Assembly: GCA_030141605.1 (NCBI GenBank)
Contig: JAQGDQ010000122.1
Coordinates: 496,001-560,000, forward strand
Direction: 5' to 3'
Length of the DNA: 64,000 nucleotides
Source: Tubiluchus corallicola
Taxonomy: Eukaryota > Animalia > Priapulida
This document shows, piece by piece, positions 13,401-28,010 of this stretch. Positions within the stretch are counted from its first letter, which is position 1. Each line of letters begins with the position of its first letter. The notes under the pieces were generated by a model, which worked only from the letters and a program-made list of their open reading frames with translations, ran no database searches and had not been told where the DNA came from. Made by a program: the position numbers and the translations under genes.

Positions 13401-16400
13401 TAAACTTCTATGCCTAATATTCCCTGCCTAAACAGCAAACTGATAACGTGCGTGTAAGAGAAAACATTGTTTAAATGATTCCTGCTTTACCTGCATATTT
13501 TAGTCAAAGTATTGAGGGATGTCCATCATCTGTTTACATATGGAAATGTGAACACTTACCTGGGTATGGAAAGCTAAACCAGCTGGAGTCGCTGATTATA
13601 TATGAACGTGAATCCGTTCTTGCAAGATATTGAGGACTTGAGGAATCATCCGGCAGAACATCCGTTGCAGTGAGAATGAGGGAAAATAGCCACCCAATAA
13701 CAATCCCAATCAACAACTGCAATGACGTAATTTCTTATAATAATTATATTTCTTTTTGCTAAAAATGGACACGAATATAAGATGCTATTAGTTAAAATTT
13801 CACCTTTTCTACACTATTTTAGACAAAACGACTTTTTACATTCATGCTTCCATAAATTATAAAATGATACTTAAACGCTGTTACATTTAAAAGGCCATAA
13901 TTATCTCAATTTACGAGCAACACAGGAAGGCAGGACTGTTACCAAGGTGATGAACAAAAACTGATAACGAGACTACCTGATGAGTGCAAGTTGTTAACAA
14001 TATTCAAGAGAACGATTTCCAAAAGAAAGACAAAACAAACAACATTTTCCCTTTCAATATTTTACGTATCACATTTTGCACTATGATTTAAAATTGGGTC
14101 CTGTTTTTTTTAAATAGCTATCACAAATCGGAGCATATATAGCTTTGTGGCACAAGTACCACCAAAAATCAAATGATATAAACTTACACAAAATATCTAA
14201 ATTTATGTTTTCAAAAATACTCATCAACTCACCTGAATTTGCCATCTGCAGTTCTTTACACAAAACCTGTTCAAATTCACACAGCCACGAAAAAATTAAC
14301 ATTAATTGATAATCTACTATCCAGATGATGTTTTTCAAATTATTGCTACATATTGGGTTATTTTAAGTAAATTAACTTACAGAGAAAACTTGATGCAGAG
14401 GGTAATGATCCACATGGAACCCTTTTTCACGTGTCCACATTGGGATGGGCATTGATTTCCCTCCCAAATACAGTGAAAAAATCAAAGCCGTAATGCAGGT
14501 CCTGCAAAACACAAACTGTTCACAACATATTCCAGAAAATTTCTAGTAATAGTTGCAACACAAAATGTAGTAGCATTTGATTTGCAACACTATGTATTTA
14601 CATATACATATGATGATTATATATATATATATGTAGGGGACGGCAGCATACGACTAAAAAATGCCAATTCTTTTCACCCCCACATGTACGTTGTGATGGT
14701 TCCATCCTTTACGAAGCTATTACATAATAGCAGCTATAACTACAATGCGATGTGTTACTTCCATGGTTCTTAAGGAGCTTTACACACTCCTAGCATCTGT
14801 TCCACTGACATGGAAGATGCAATAAAAGGAATTGGCTAGGTTTTCTACTCATTATTTGTGCTAATTCATGAACACTATGTTTCTGTCGTTATCAGCACCA
14901 GCTGACCCAGCTTCTTTTAATATCAGCTATTAAACATCCATAACAACCATTCAGCTATCCACAAATCAGTTAAGGTAATCAGATCAACCAAACTTCAACT
15001 TACAAAGCTGCTATACCCCAGTGAACAAAGACAAATTTGGCTGATGCCCGAATCAAGTATATTCCAATGAGCATGAGAGCGGGTACAATTGTGATTGGTC
15101 CAATAAAGCGCAGGAGAAACCCTGCAAATCCTGTTGCTCCTATCACAGTGTGAATCACTCCTGCAGCTATGAGGCTCCCTTGTAGCTGTAATAAAATGAT
15201 GGTTAAATACTAGTGATAAAGAAATATAAAACCTTTTTCAGGGCATCTGCCTTAAAAGCACCAATTTCATTAAATGAGCTATAGTTATATTTAAGCTAAA
15301 GCTGTTTAACTTTATGAAACTACAAAAATCTACAATTTCAAAATAGAGAATTCATATTGCTAGGCTTCTAACATGGCTTTTTAGTTGCAGATTAATTTTT
15401 TTTCTTTCCTGTTTGAAATCATTATTTTTAAATTATTAATATTAACTCATAAAAAGTAAGACGGGTTCAATAAAAATATTATTTCCTTTCTCATTTCCTT
15501 GAGACAACCAAATCATTGAGGACAAATAGCAGGCCAAAGAACAAACTCTAACTGCAAAATGTTGAAGCAACATAAACCCACTTGGTTAACATAAAGCACA
15601 TAATACATCTATACAGAAAATAACACAGCTGTGATGTAATATCAAGTTTCAACTCTAATGTGTAAACACACAAAACTGGCGACAGGCAATTTTTGCTGCC
15701 ACTAAAAAGGTACCAGACTGTCATTCATTCACAGTAACTGGATGCTGTTGGTGATCAGCCAGCCAAAGAAGATATATCTGCCACTTTTAATTTTACTCAA
15801 AGGTTAACTTGTGGATATATGCAATATTTTGTTTCATTAACATAAGGCTAATGACCTTTACTTTAGAAATACACACAAATATACACAGTTCTAACAACAT
15901 GTATGTCAGTCTCTAATCACTGAGCAAACTAATAAAGATTTACACCAAGGCGAGGCTAGACTAATAGTTCTTGACACCGCCAAGGCTTATGATAAAGTCT
16001 GGCAAAGATGTCTACTCCATAATTAAACTTCAATCATAAGGCAAAGTGGCAATGCTCTGTCTATCATATCACCATATCTCAACAATTACAAACAGAAGTT
16101 GTTTATGAAGGGGCAGTTTTGTTTGTATATGAAAACAGAAGTCGTGTTCCTCGAGAATCTATAATAGCCCCTAGCTTGTTTTTGCTATTTATCAACAACA
16201 TCCTGCTGGACTCTGTACTCCCTAAGCTTAACATCTGTGCTGATGATATTATTTGTATAGGTACTTACTGCAATGTGCCTCTTGGCAATGCCTGACTAGA
16301 AACATCTCAAGTATTTGAAAAGAATCTTGACTTGACTTTGAACTGGGACTGAGACTGGCTTGTCATCTTTAAAATGAAGAAAACAAAGCTTGTAATATTT

Positions 16401-19400
16401 TTGCCATAACTGTGCTATGACACCTATTATAAATACGGGGGGGGGGGGGGGCTCCTCCACTTTTCAATCAATCGTATGTTCATTTACTTGTATATTCTGA
16501 TCTTAGATGGGAAAAGTGTCTTACAGGAGTGCCTAAAAATACATTGAAAAAATGAAAATCTGTTAAAAGAGAGTAATGCATAGTTCAATCATTTAAACTC
16601 TTTCAGACAAATTAAAGACAATGGATTGTATCCATTAATGGGGCTTTGACGAGGCTGAAGATAACTAATAATAATAACTTGCAATGTAAAGCTAATAAGA
16701 CATTGGCATTACAAACTGGTTTTGTATTAGTTAAGCAAAGCTTGCAGATACAGTCCTATCCTGGGTGAATACAAAAGAATGTATATACTAAACAACACAA
16801 AGACGAACAATTCTGAATAGATCTAGACAACCCCTATTGTTGTATCATTTACATACAATAAAGGGTAGATATTTGCTACTTACTGACTGGAGGCTATGTA
16901 ATATAACTTCTCGTTGAGCCTCAATGTCAGTTGCATTAGATGCTTGATCCAAAACTGCAACAAAACTGGGCCAGTTAGCTAGCCTTTTCGTCTTGATGTA
17001 TGATTTCTTTAGGGAAATCTTTAGCTTTTAGTTATTTATTAGTACGGATGAGAAATTTAAAGATTCAAATTCGGACAAGTTTTTTTAATTCGAATTTGAT
17101 TCAAACTTTAATTGTGGATTCGAATAATTTGCCACTTCAATTACATATGTTCTTTATCATTAAAACGTTTGAAACATCATGACATCAGCACAATTTAGAC
17201 ATGATTTCAGTACACAATTTATAAACAGCTATTACTGTTTTTCTTGCAGAACAAAATCAAGAAATATGCATGTTTTTGCGAGACAGACTTTTATCAATGG
17301 TTCGAAAAATTGTTCGAAAATCTTTAAAATTAAATTCGAATTTGAATACCTCTTTCCTTTCTGATAAAGAATGCTCACCTCAGCCCCAGAGAAAGCAAAA
17401 ATATGAATACAGGCATAGAAAAATATAATTCTCACTTCCAGTCAATGAATCAATCAGTGAACCAGCTGCCAATTATTTTACAAGCACTTTATAATGAAAT
17501 TAAAGTAGGGTTTTTTAATGATTTACAGTGAAATGAAAGTTACTTGTAGGAGTGTCTGCACTGCAGAATGTTGAATCAATAGAAGACACAGCAAGAAGAG
17601 GGGCAAGATAGTCAATGCATGCACCTTGAAGCACAGGCAACCTGCAAATAAAAAGGTGACAAGTCACAGTTTAACATGAACAAAAAACAAACGTCAAACT
17701 CAAAAAGGCTTTGCTTTAACGTTGAAGACCAGCAATTTAATCGCATATTGATGTATGAAACATGGCTAGCGGTATACTGGTTCCCCTTTCTCAGGCAGCA
17801 CACAATAGTGTCACCATATGGTCACAAGATTGTCAGGATCTTGCCAAAATATATGTTCAGAAAATATTGCCACCAGAAAATATTGTATGTACAATAATGG
17901 ATATTTTTGTCCAATATTGGTACAACATTGCACCAATATTGTTGTCCAATGTTGGTACAAAATTGAATCAATATTGTCGCCTAACATTGGAAACACGTGG
18001 TTTACACACATTGTTAAAAAATTATTCGTTCTATGTTGTGGCAAGTCCACATTTCTATATTGTCCCAATATTTGCAAAAATAATGTCCAAACATTGATAC
18101 AATATTGTCGTATTGCCTGGGTTCACCCTCAGGTCATTAAGTCGCAAACCCTTGTAAACCAGTTTTTACTGCAATTAATAACAACTATGACACTACAGAA
18201 ACAAACTGATCTAAGTGTCATTTACACCACCTTTGCCGACCACAATGCACTAGCAACTAATAAATGGGTTCTGTACAATGATGTCTATCAACTTATAAGA
18301 AAAAAATAAGAAAAATTTAATCGACCCAAAAGTTTCTAACCTTGTAAGACATGAGTGTAATAAAAATATTACCTAGCAACCCTCTAAAGAAACTTTGACC
18401 AATGACCAAAACAAATATAATAATTGAAAGATCAAAAGAAAAATACGGGCATGGTTCTTGGTATTTCTGCATCAGTAATGCAAACAGTAAAACACCTTTC
18501 TCTGAATACAATGTGTCCTGTGAGTTACACCATTAACCATAAACAATCAAATCAACACAAACGTGATTGGTAAGATGGATTGATAAGACTGCCTTTTTAC
18601 AATACTTTTATACTTTACTTACCCTATCTATCAAAGCAATTGACAAAGGAATATTAGATGCAAAAAACACTTAAAAACAGAACAAGTTTTGAAGTCATTT
18701 AAACAGCACAGGTAAAATGTGTGTTTTTTGGTAAATTAATTCAGTGAACAAGTATGAAATTTCCATTTCGGAATCTAATCTAATCTAAAACACTGGCACG
18801 CTTTGTGAAATTCACGAAACACAGTTTTGTGTACTTTCATAATAGTAAATATGGAAGCTTTCCAATTTAAACCATATTTATTACTAATACAAATCACATC
18901 CTTATTTCATTAAAAAATAAAATTTAAAGTACTCAATTAACTCTAAGAGATCAAAACTCAAAAGAAAGCTGTCTATGTGTGGTACATATTACAGGTTTTT
19001 TACTTAAACATTACCATAGCTAGGGTATCTAAGTAAAATCAAAATGATTTTTAGGAAGTAACTGGGGTTTCTTCTAAAGGTGGAGCCATCAGCCCTAACT
19101 CATGAAATACACATATGCAACATAAATGTTTTACATCATAGAAAGCACATAAAAAATAGTGAACACGTTTATAAATGACAACATAATAAGATCAATGATC
19201 CTAGAAACACAGATCTCACGCACACCGTAATATTAACCAATGATTGCACTATTTTAGCATCTATGATCCCTTAGCAATTTATTTCGTTTACTCCAAAAAT
19301 TAGATGTGCCTCACAGTGCTAGATAACTTTTAGTTGATGAGGCAACTAATAAATAGCACCAGCAAATGGTTTGCTATTTGCAATCAGCTTCAGTCGTCTT

Positions 19401-22400
19401 ACCCAATCTTCAAAATACCATAAGTCACATTTGTTTTCTTCTTACTTGCAACTGCAACAACTAATGACCCAGAATCTTTTCCACTGTGCATGGTTGAACA
19501 GCAACTTTATTTTTTCATTATAAATACCCCTAAGATACTGACCAGTGTAAACAATGACTCACATCACTTTTAGTATAACAGAAATAATAATTTAACTTCA
19601 TTCTTTGCGCAAAACTTCATTCTAATTGATTTTTTGCAAGAAAGTTACCTAATTCCTAGTGGAAATTGAGTAAGGGTCTTACCTCACTCCCAGTATGACC
19701 TGAACTACGGTAGTAAAACCTGTCATGAAGAGCGTAGAGCTAAGCAATCTTGCTTTCATCTCCTCATCTTTACCTGCACAAACAACTTCAGCCACTAACA
19801 AAGATACGGTAAGTTGAAGGGCTATTGATAGCAGAGCTTGCTAGAAAAACAAAAAATATGCTTATGAGAGCCAATTTCTTCTGTTTATTGCTGACATAAT
19901 TGGTTATATATAGTGAAAACATAACAGTATGATTCCAAGGCAGTTGAAGTAGAAATTGAACCAATAAATGAATAGCGGAATGGTCACAGTGTATACAAAG
20001 ATACCCTGTGCAAAATAATAGCTATTGTGACTAGTAAGTTGAAGTAAACCCTGGTCCTGTTGTTTTATCCAGATCGCTGTCGAATAATGATAACATTATC
20101 ATGATGAAAGTAAAAATTAGAGACAGTGATATAATGTAATAAAAATAAATCTTTTCAAGAAGAAATATCAAGATTGCAACATCCACAATAGTACATGCCT
20201 ATTACTGCACTTGATCATGTAAGTACCATATTTATAAATCATGCAACTTTTTACATCACGACAAAAATGCTTGGATGATTTCCAAGTGATAACTGGACTT
20301 TTCTTGAGACTGGCTATAAAGTATTTGAATGTGATTATACCTTATTTCTAAGTGGGAATTGCACTTGTCATTTAATCAAATCCTTATTAGCCTTGCACTT
20401 TATAAAGAGCTTGAAACGTTGAACTATGCATTGTACAATTCGCCATGCTTCATAAGCTTTTTAAATATTTCCAAAACACTGGACTTAATTTCTGCAAATT
20501 TAAAAGAGGTCTATGGACAAAATTCCCATGTGTGAAAATTAACACAAGTTGCTATCATAAACACATAACATTATTATAAATAGCATTGATTAGATTATGA
20601 CTGCATAAAAGTATAATATTACAAATAGCCGTATAAACTCTGTGTTGTAAGAACAATGAAAAATATTTGGACTGTTGAACTGTTTCCAAAGCAAAACCAA
20701 TGTTGTAATCTGCAAGCTAAATATGTTAAGTATACTTGACATTATACAGCCCTTACTGGAAAGAACAAAGGGCAATATATACAATGTAAGCAGTAACTTA
20801 GTTAAAGCAGCTTTGATTATTATATATACATATAGATATGAAAATGAAAGAACCTGTGAAAACCTAACTTTTTGATTCAGACAAAAGCCAGAAAAAATTA
20901 CTATGTTCAAGAGTAACCTGTGCAGGTATCGTATAGGTTTCTAATGCCCACAGGATGGCCTGTTACTTTAACAAAGTATTATATGGTTTCTTATCATACT
21001 AGCATGTTTAAAAGCTAATATTTATGTTCCACTACTCCACTACATGGCAATATATATAATCATGCACTAGATCTACTGATTTCCTTATTTCACTGACCTG
21101 GAGACCAAAGAATATACAGAGGAAGAGCGGAAGTTTGTCGCTTATCTTGTAGATAAGCTGCTGTTCTTTGCGAGGTTGACTATAATCAACCATCTTCTCC
21201 TTTTTCATGTGAACACTCTTCGCTCCACTGCCGAAGTCTTCACTGTCAGACTCAGGATGGACCCACAGCACTTTTACTTTATCAACTGTAAATACACAAT
21301 GTTAGAAATTTCGAAAGTTTCATAATACATTTTCAAAACACAGAATGAACTGCAAGCAAGCAAAATGTGTTTAGCAAGAAAAATGGCTTCTACAAGGCTT
21401 CCTAAGATAATAGGCTCAATGAGACATAAGATGCTTTGAAATCGCCCAAAATAGCATATACTACTCACACAACATGTTGTTATCCTGTGACATTTTGATG
21501 GATACCAAATGACTACCAAATAATGGATAGTCAATACCAAAAACATCATTAGAATAGTTGAGCTGCCTTTTGACTATGCCCTACTGAACAAATTACTGGT
21601 CGATGAAGGTTGAAACTTTTTCCAGCTACTTGATTAACTGGCGTATGATATGATGTTGACCTGTCAAGGTTTTCACATGCTGATATGATAAACTTACACT
21701 ACTCAATTTACTTTACTTTTGAAAGTTTGGCTGCCTAACTGACCATGCGAACATGCCCACAAAAGAAAGCATAGGAAGCTGTGAATTGGCATTATGTAGA
21801 CCCCATAATTTTTTTAAAAGGAGGGGTGGCTACCCCTCACCCAAACTTGGTACTCAGCTTTGCTGAACAATTCTGGCTATGTTTATAGGCCAATGCAGTA
21901 TGTAAGTATGCTTTAGTTGCACACGCACAAGCAAAACTAAAACTCGAAAAGACAATAATTAAATTTTGGTTTTGGATCACTAAAAGGTCGGGGTTTATCT
22001 GCATTGTTTACTATCATCATTCCTTTTTGCTTAAAATGTTGTATATATGTAAACATAGAAACTAGAAATTAAAATTATAATGATCTACATTAAATATTCC
22101 ATATCGCATATAGACCCGTTTTGGAGTTGAAAATGAATGATCATTACACTATATAAAAAAAGCAAAAAGTGGTGGGGCTGGTGGCATCATAAATGTGACA
22201 TCGCCATTCAGCATGTGCGCTTAGCTCCTTGCATGTCTCTTATGATAACAATATTTTGCTCTAGCATTTTTGTTTAATATTTTCTCAGAGTGTATACATA
22301 TGCTAACACTAACAGTAACAGCAAAATGTACTACATACAGGTGTAAATAAAAAAATATCTGCATAGGTTACGATTAGTCAACTACCACTGGGTTAGTTTA

Positions 22401-22416
22401 ACTTACCCTCAGTCAT
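10432..22416 (-). CDS. SLC23/nucleobase-ascorbate transporter (NAT/NCS2) family member, paralog A, 12 exons, 597 aa
   Basis: Exons: 22416-22407, 21285-21098, 19840-19683, 17641-17544, 16954-16884, 15185-15004, 14501-14381, 13716-13560, 13067-12814, 12457-12184, 11341-11246, 10616-10432. All GT-AG, phases consistent, total 1794 nt. Family motifs GVRLPVLQG, LRFIGPITIVP, ARTD, DSIADYYACA, PPPSHAVNRG, NIGAMGLTKVASR, LDNTVPGTDEERG. Confidence 0.93.
11377..11750 (+). mobile_element. Old MITE-like repeat (TTCGAA-rich ends), copy 1
   Basis: Homologous in inverted orientation to 17046..17381, e.g. AATTGTGTACTGAAATCAT here and its reverse complement ATGATTTCAGTACACAATT there; boundaries approximate. 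Confidence 0.6.
15946..16400 (+). mobile_element. Decayed non-LTR (CR1/Jockey-like) reverse transcriptase fragment
   Basis: Translates, with stops and frameshifts, to QGEARLIVLDTAKAYDKVWQRCLLH, VPRESIIAPSLFLLFINNI and ICADD, matching LINE RT motifs LDISKAFDRVWH, GVPQGSVLGPxLF and YADD. A G15 run follows at 16437..16451. Confidence 0.8.
17046..17381 (-). mobile_element. Old MITE-like repeat (TTCGAA-rich ends), copy 2
   Basis: Inverted homolog of 11377..11750; boundaries approximate. Confidence 0.6.
17843..18122. repeat. MITE-like repeat built of CAATATTG-type palindromic subrepeats
   Basis: Many CAATATTG/CAACATTG/CAATGTTG variants, ending in ...GCCTGGG; left end not clearly defined. Confidence 0.5.
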
Positions 22417-22749
22417 CTTCTTCCTTTCAGGGTGCAAATTTCCTATCCAACAGCGTAAGGGCAAAAACTACTAAGAGTTTTTGTAGATATTCATAGCCAA
22501 ATTCTTGGGATTGACATGTCAATATCAGTAGTACACGAAGAAACGGGGGAAATCGTAAACTGCGTCTAAATTATACAGTACACGTGTTTAAAAGAGAGGT
22601 AATTTCTAGCAAAAAGTAATTCGTTTATTTTACTGTAAGTATAAAGCCGCGATCTGTCACACAATAAATTAGCTCGCTTCGTCTAGCAGACAACCGTGTA
22701 ACATGTAATGTCAATACAATGTGCAGTAACGTAAAAATATTCTTAAACT

Positions 22750-22783
22750 GAAACACACCGCTAGGATGCTATTCTTCACGACT
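22750..22783 (-). promoter_or_regulatory. Bipartite upstream motif, copy 2 (SLC23 paralog A)
   Basis: GAAACACACCGCT-aggatgc-TATTCTTCACGACT, about 335 bp upstream of the ATG; 27/34 ungapped identity to 30162..30195. Confidence 0.55.
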
Positions 22784-23204
22784 CCGTTATTCATGTACAT
22801 TGTTGTGCAGTGTATATTTTTAAAATGGAATTACAAACTACATTTTTTGCAGTAAAAGTTAATTCTTTTACCAGTTACTTCCTAGATAAAGTAATCGATA
22901 TTTGAGAATTTCAACAAAAAATCAATTAATTGTAACCAGGTTCTGTCAGTTGTTCTAAGATCAAAACTTATAGTCACATCGAAAACTTAAAAAACTGACA
23001 CCGTTTCTTCCAAGCATGCCTGCAAATTCATAATGCTCGTGTAATCACTGCTTGGGACAAACGCTCAGGCTCTGCAGGTCACTTAGTTTGAGATAAATGG
23101 AATGCAAGCAAACCAAAGAATGTAAACGTGCCACGTGTAAATCCTTATTAAAATTAATAGAGTACATTTATAGCTAAAATTGTTGTTTTTAATCCTGCAT
23201 TTCA

Positions 23205-24900
23205 TATGTTTATGTATGTATGTGTATGTATATATATTGATATAGACATAGACATAGACATAGATATTTTATTTATCTCCTCATTTATACCAGAATGCAA
23301 ATAGACTATTATTGCTTTAGTTATTAATTAAACAGGATAAATTATGCATAAAGGAAAGAGTTAGGGAGATGCAGGAGAAAAGGTAGTGAAAGACCAATTG
23401 GTCATCAAGTCAGCTACCCTTCTCAGGATAATGTAAGTTGTAAAAAATTTGTAGCGCTGCTAATTAAAGTGTGTAATATAATTATGAAGTGGGTTAAGAA
23501 AATCAACTGTTAACATAAATTTATAGGGGAAGAAACTAAACTTGAAAGCGAAATTACTGAATAGTGTATGCAACAAGGAAGCATTAAGCTAAAATGAAAA
23601 ATATGCAATGATGATCAACCAAATATGTAAAGCATTTAACTAACCGATTAAAACATAAACAAACTAAAAAAATAAGTCAAACCAAAAGAAAAAAAACTAA
23701 AACATATTTAATAAATCAGTGAAGGAAACAAAATATGCATGATAAAATCAAGCTAATAATGAAACGAAAATATGCAATAGTGTTTAATCAAATTATGTTA
23801 AGCATAATGTCGAAGGACTATGGAAAACAAGCACTAGTACAGAGAATGGAGTAAACAAAATATGTAACGAAATATGAGTATGTGATTAAATAGACAATAT
23901 GACTCAACAAAAAATATAATAAAACTTAATGATAACTGTGAAACAATGAGCAAAATAATATAATGAAGTGAATATGTGTAGTGAGAAAAGCATAATATGC
24001 AAGCAAAAAACACAAGTGGAGCAGACAAAATTATAAACAAAATTGTATGAAAAAAAGTGTTGTAGCTGCTGGATTTGCTCGAAGATTACGTAAGACCTAT
24101 CACAAATATACTTTGGTCTATTGTCTTGCGTGCTTACCTTCCCTTTTCATAGTTGGGAATGAATAATAATAATTATACATTTTGATGAAAAGATGTACTA
24201 TGACAATATAATTATATTTAATAGATTAGTACTAGGGGAATACATTAAAACTAACAGAGATGATTTATTTGAAATAGACCATAGCAGAGAAAGTCACACA
24301 TGATAATTAGAAATGAGAATGGATTTATAGTTAATTATCAAATAGTAAAGGTGCCATTTTTTAGTTTATTAAGCAGACTGTTCCACAACAAAGCGCTTTG
24401 ATAAATTAGAGATTTTTGCCATTTGTTAGTATTAAATCTTTGTACATAGAAAGTTCGGTTAGTAGCAAATCGTGTATGATACTTGTGCATCTGGGCTACT
24501 GATTTATAGTAATTTTGGAAAATTTTAGGAAGCATTATTATGTTTAAATCTATATAAAAATTTATATATTTGTGTCTTTTAGTTCCATCTCTGCTTTTAA
24601 CAACTGTTGTTTCAGTCGGTTCAAAAGCTCTTAGGAGCTTGTGTTTTTCGTCTGTACACGCATACTGACTTTAAATAAAGATTTACCATTATTTTAGCAC
24701 AATCATTAAATTTTATCATTATGAAGGTTTTATTTGTTATATGAAGTAGTAATCTTCAATTAAGACTTATGTTTCATAGACTATGTTGTTTATCTAAAAC
24801 TCAAGCTAAAATAAAGACAAATTATTATTACAATTATCATTTCTCTTATTATCATTATTGATTAACTGAGTAATTTCTTGTTGTAAATTAACGCTTGAAC
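23205..24900 (-). mobile_element. 3' portion of a decayed L2/Crack-like LINE with microsatellite tail
   Basis: ORF remnant 24535-24338 (HKYHTRFATNRTFYVQRFNTNKWQKSLIYQSALLWNSL) resembles the C-terminus of L2-group ORF2. It is followed on the - strand by an AT-rich UTR, AATAAA near 23270 and (TATG)n/(TAGACA)n repeats. Boundaries approximate. Confidence 0.55.
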
Positions 24901-27900
24901 ATTCTCAAGCTGCTGCAGGACTGCAGTACCATTCTGCGTGTATGTTTTTAATAATTAATATTGTCTAATGAACAATTTTTATTCCTTTTTTCACTTTTTT
25001 CTTTATCAGTTATTTCAATAAAATAACAAGTGAATCAGTTCACAAAAACACTTGGTTTTTACTTAATGAAAGTTGTTAAAGTTGCAATAAAATTGACTCG
25101 GTGCACAAATCATGACAAAATACTCCGCTACAGCCAAGTTAACGTTAATGTTTTATTATGTGCTGCTGATTCAGCAATGCTAACTGGCTCATTATCAAAA
25201 ATCTTGATTGGTCAATCACTGAAAAGTCCAGACAACTGCACATAGTATCTAGTATGTAATTTCCAAAATTGCATAGAAATTTTATACAGTAGGAGAAAAA
25301 AGTTATCTCTAAACTGTACGGGTAGTAGAGATTGCAAGTTGCGCACAACTTTACCCTTGTAAATACATAAAACCACGAGTATACAGTAGTCCTGCACTTA
25401 TCATAATTTTTTTATTAACAACCTATGATTCGATGGTTTATTATACAGACAATTATGCTATACATATATGCTGAAGCATTATTGGCACATAAAACATTAA
25501 CTAATAGCTAGCATAATTTTAAAGTGGGTAAAACAAATACTGAGGTATAAAACTATTTGCAATGCCTTGATTTGCGTCAATAAAAGACTGTGATCACAGG
25601 ACTCGTTATAAGTCCTTTGATGCTTACATGTAATACATGCTTAATATATTATTGTTGTAAAATAAGCTCACAAGCATTTTTCTATAATTTTACTATCAAG
25701 CATAGAAAATTTTTCATATGCAAGGCTGCATTTGGCTTTGCTATCTGTGATTTTCATAATCTCATTCATCACCACAATACGTATATTTATCTACAACAAT
25801 GCACAAGTTTCCTGCAAGCCTACAGACAGCACACAATGTTAGCAAACATTGACAACTTTGAATTTTCAGTTTCAGTCATCAGTTTTATCCAGAAGGTGTG
25901 ATACTCAACACCACATTACCAAAGCTAGAAAACTAAAGCCAAAAAATAATATCACAAGCCATCAGGTTTGAGAAGCATGGTTAAAACCAATAATACAATT
26001 TTTCAGCCAAATCAAACTGTTTTCTACATATTGATACCAAAAACTTACACATGCAGTTATTTGAAATTTTAGCTAACAGCGGCCAATTAAATGATTGTTA
26101 CGAAATGTATCTACATGTCAATAAGACACCACAAGCAGTTGGAAGCTCTGTTACAAATGCTGCCATACAGCTGACAACATAAAATGGCAGTGACATAAAT
26201 CTGTATGCTAAGAAAATTGTACCCCACAATGTGTAAGTAATCATAAATATTTTGGCAAATGTCCAAAAACTACAAAAAAGTGTTCCCTGTACTAGTACAA
26301 TCTCATTATAGTTATAGTGCTGGCAGCCAGAAAAGGGACCTTGCTACTCTCGGGTATCATTTGTTCTGGCTTCCTGCATCATGCATCATTAATTGAGAGT
26401 TGTGACCAAAGAAAATTGTTATCTGGGGTGCTTGGGGATGCTCTAAGTTGGTTCACTCTTATTGCAGGATTTCATGTCTAAATAGTCAGACAGCTAATGA
26501 GATCACCTTGAATTCCCCACAATTCAAACAAACATTTATGGTTGTAATACACTTCATCGTGTTTACAGAAAAAACTATATTTACTAGCATTATTCCTAGA
26601 TATACCTTATACAATGTCTTTTCTTTCATGGGAAAATCCAAAATAGCTGTAAAGATGACAAAACCTGCTACAACTGTGTAGCTGTGTAACATGGCTTCAA
26701 AGTTCATGAAAACACCTCTATGCTTTCTGGATCAAAGAGAATACCTAAGTGACCTAACACATCCAGGTGATAGTAATGTAAATACAAATGTTCAAAATTG
26801 CTATCAAAATGTTCAAGATAGTCACTAAACCATTAATCCTGTCAAAAATTCAGTCAAAGTTCATACAAGTTCAGCATGTAACACTGCCATTAAAATTACT
26901 TCTTATTGCTGGTTATTACCAAAATCCCTCGCTAAAAAAGCAACACAAGTTCTGTAAAAGCCTCATTCCAAATTACTTACACAATCATTAAATTATCGTG
27001 TAACAATTTCCTATAATGAATGATGCATAGCCTTCTGCAAAAAAGTGACTGTGTGAGCTATCAAAAATTCTGCACACCAGAATTTTTTACTTTGTATCTG
27101 CACCAAAGAACTAAACCCGCTGGCTTGCAGAGGCTTAAGAAACGAAGGCATATGTCTCAGCTCAAGCAAAAGCATCCATGTAAAAGCCTGAACTGTTTCA
27201 GTGACATGTGCGCGGCAATGCCAGGTAAATGAAATGAAGAACTTGGCTACCACATAACTTCTAAGTGAAATTTACAAATCACAAAAACAGATTGTCTAAA
27301 GGTGACAGCTTAACATGTGGGCTTGCTAATAGTCCACATATGTGAACTTACTAACAGCTTGATAGGAGACTTACTAATGCTTCAACACATGGAGGTATCA
27401 CCAGCAGGGGCCTGGTTAGTGAGCAAGACATAAAACTTTTTCACAAGCTGTGCCAAACTTGATGTGCTTGTGACTTGAAAATTCCATTTCATAGTTCGTT
27501 CAAATTTATGTCGATATGTCACTGTATGGTACTCATTCATTTCAGGTGACCTATGTGACCACTTCAGCTTGAGAAAACACACATATGTATTGCAAAAATG
27601 TTTCATTCTTTCAGCTTTGGCTGAACAGTATTAGAAAGCCATAAATGCTATCATAGCTAGCATACAAAATGGTGGCCAAATGCTAATAATAAATAACTGG
27701 CCTGACTACCATGTGTAACTTGTGTTACTTCTTTCTATCGTAGGAATTTTGGAAATAATTAGCGGTATCAAATAAATTTTATTTTGAACAATTCCAAAGA
27801 ACTTGCAAAGCTGGTTTGTACAGCAACTTCAGCAATTTTCATGCTAATTAACCACAACACAATGAATTAAGTAAGTACTGAGTTGAATATCTCTTAAAAA

Positions 27901-28010
27901 ACTTTTTAATCCAAATTGTAGAATTGTTACTAGAAAATTATGAAAGAGTACAATGACACCTCTTTTGGCAAATAATGTTTAGCTTAATCCTAATCAATAA
28001 AAACAAAAAA

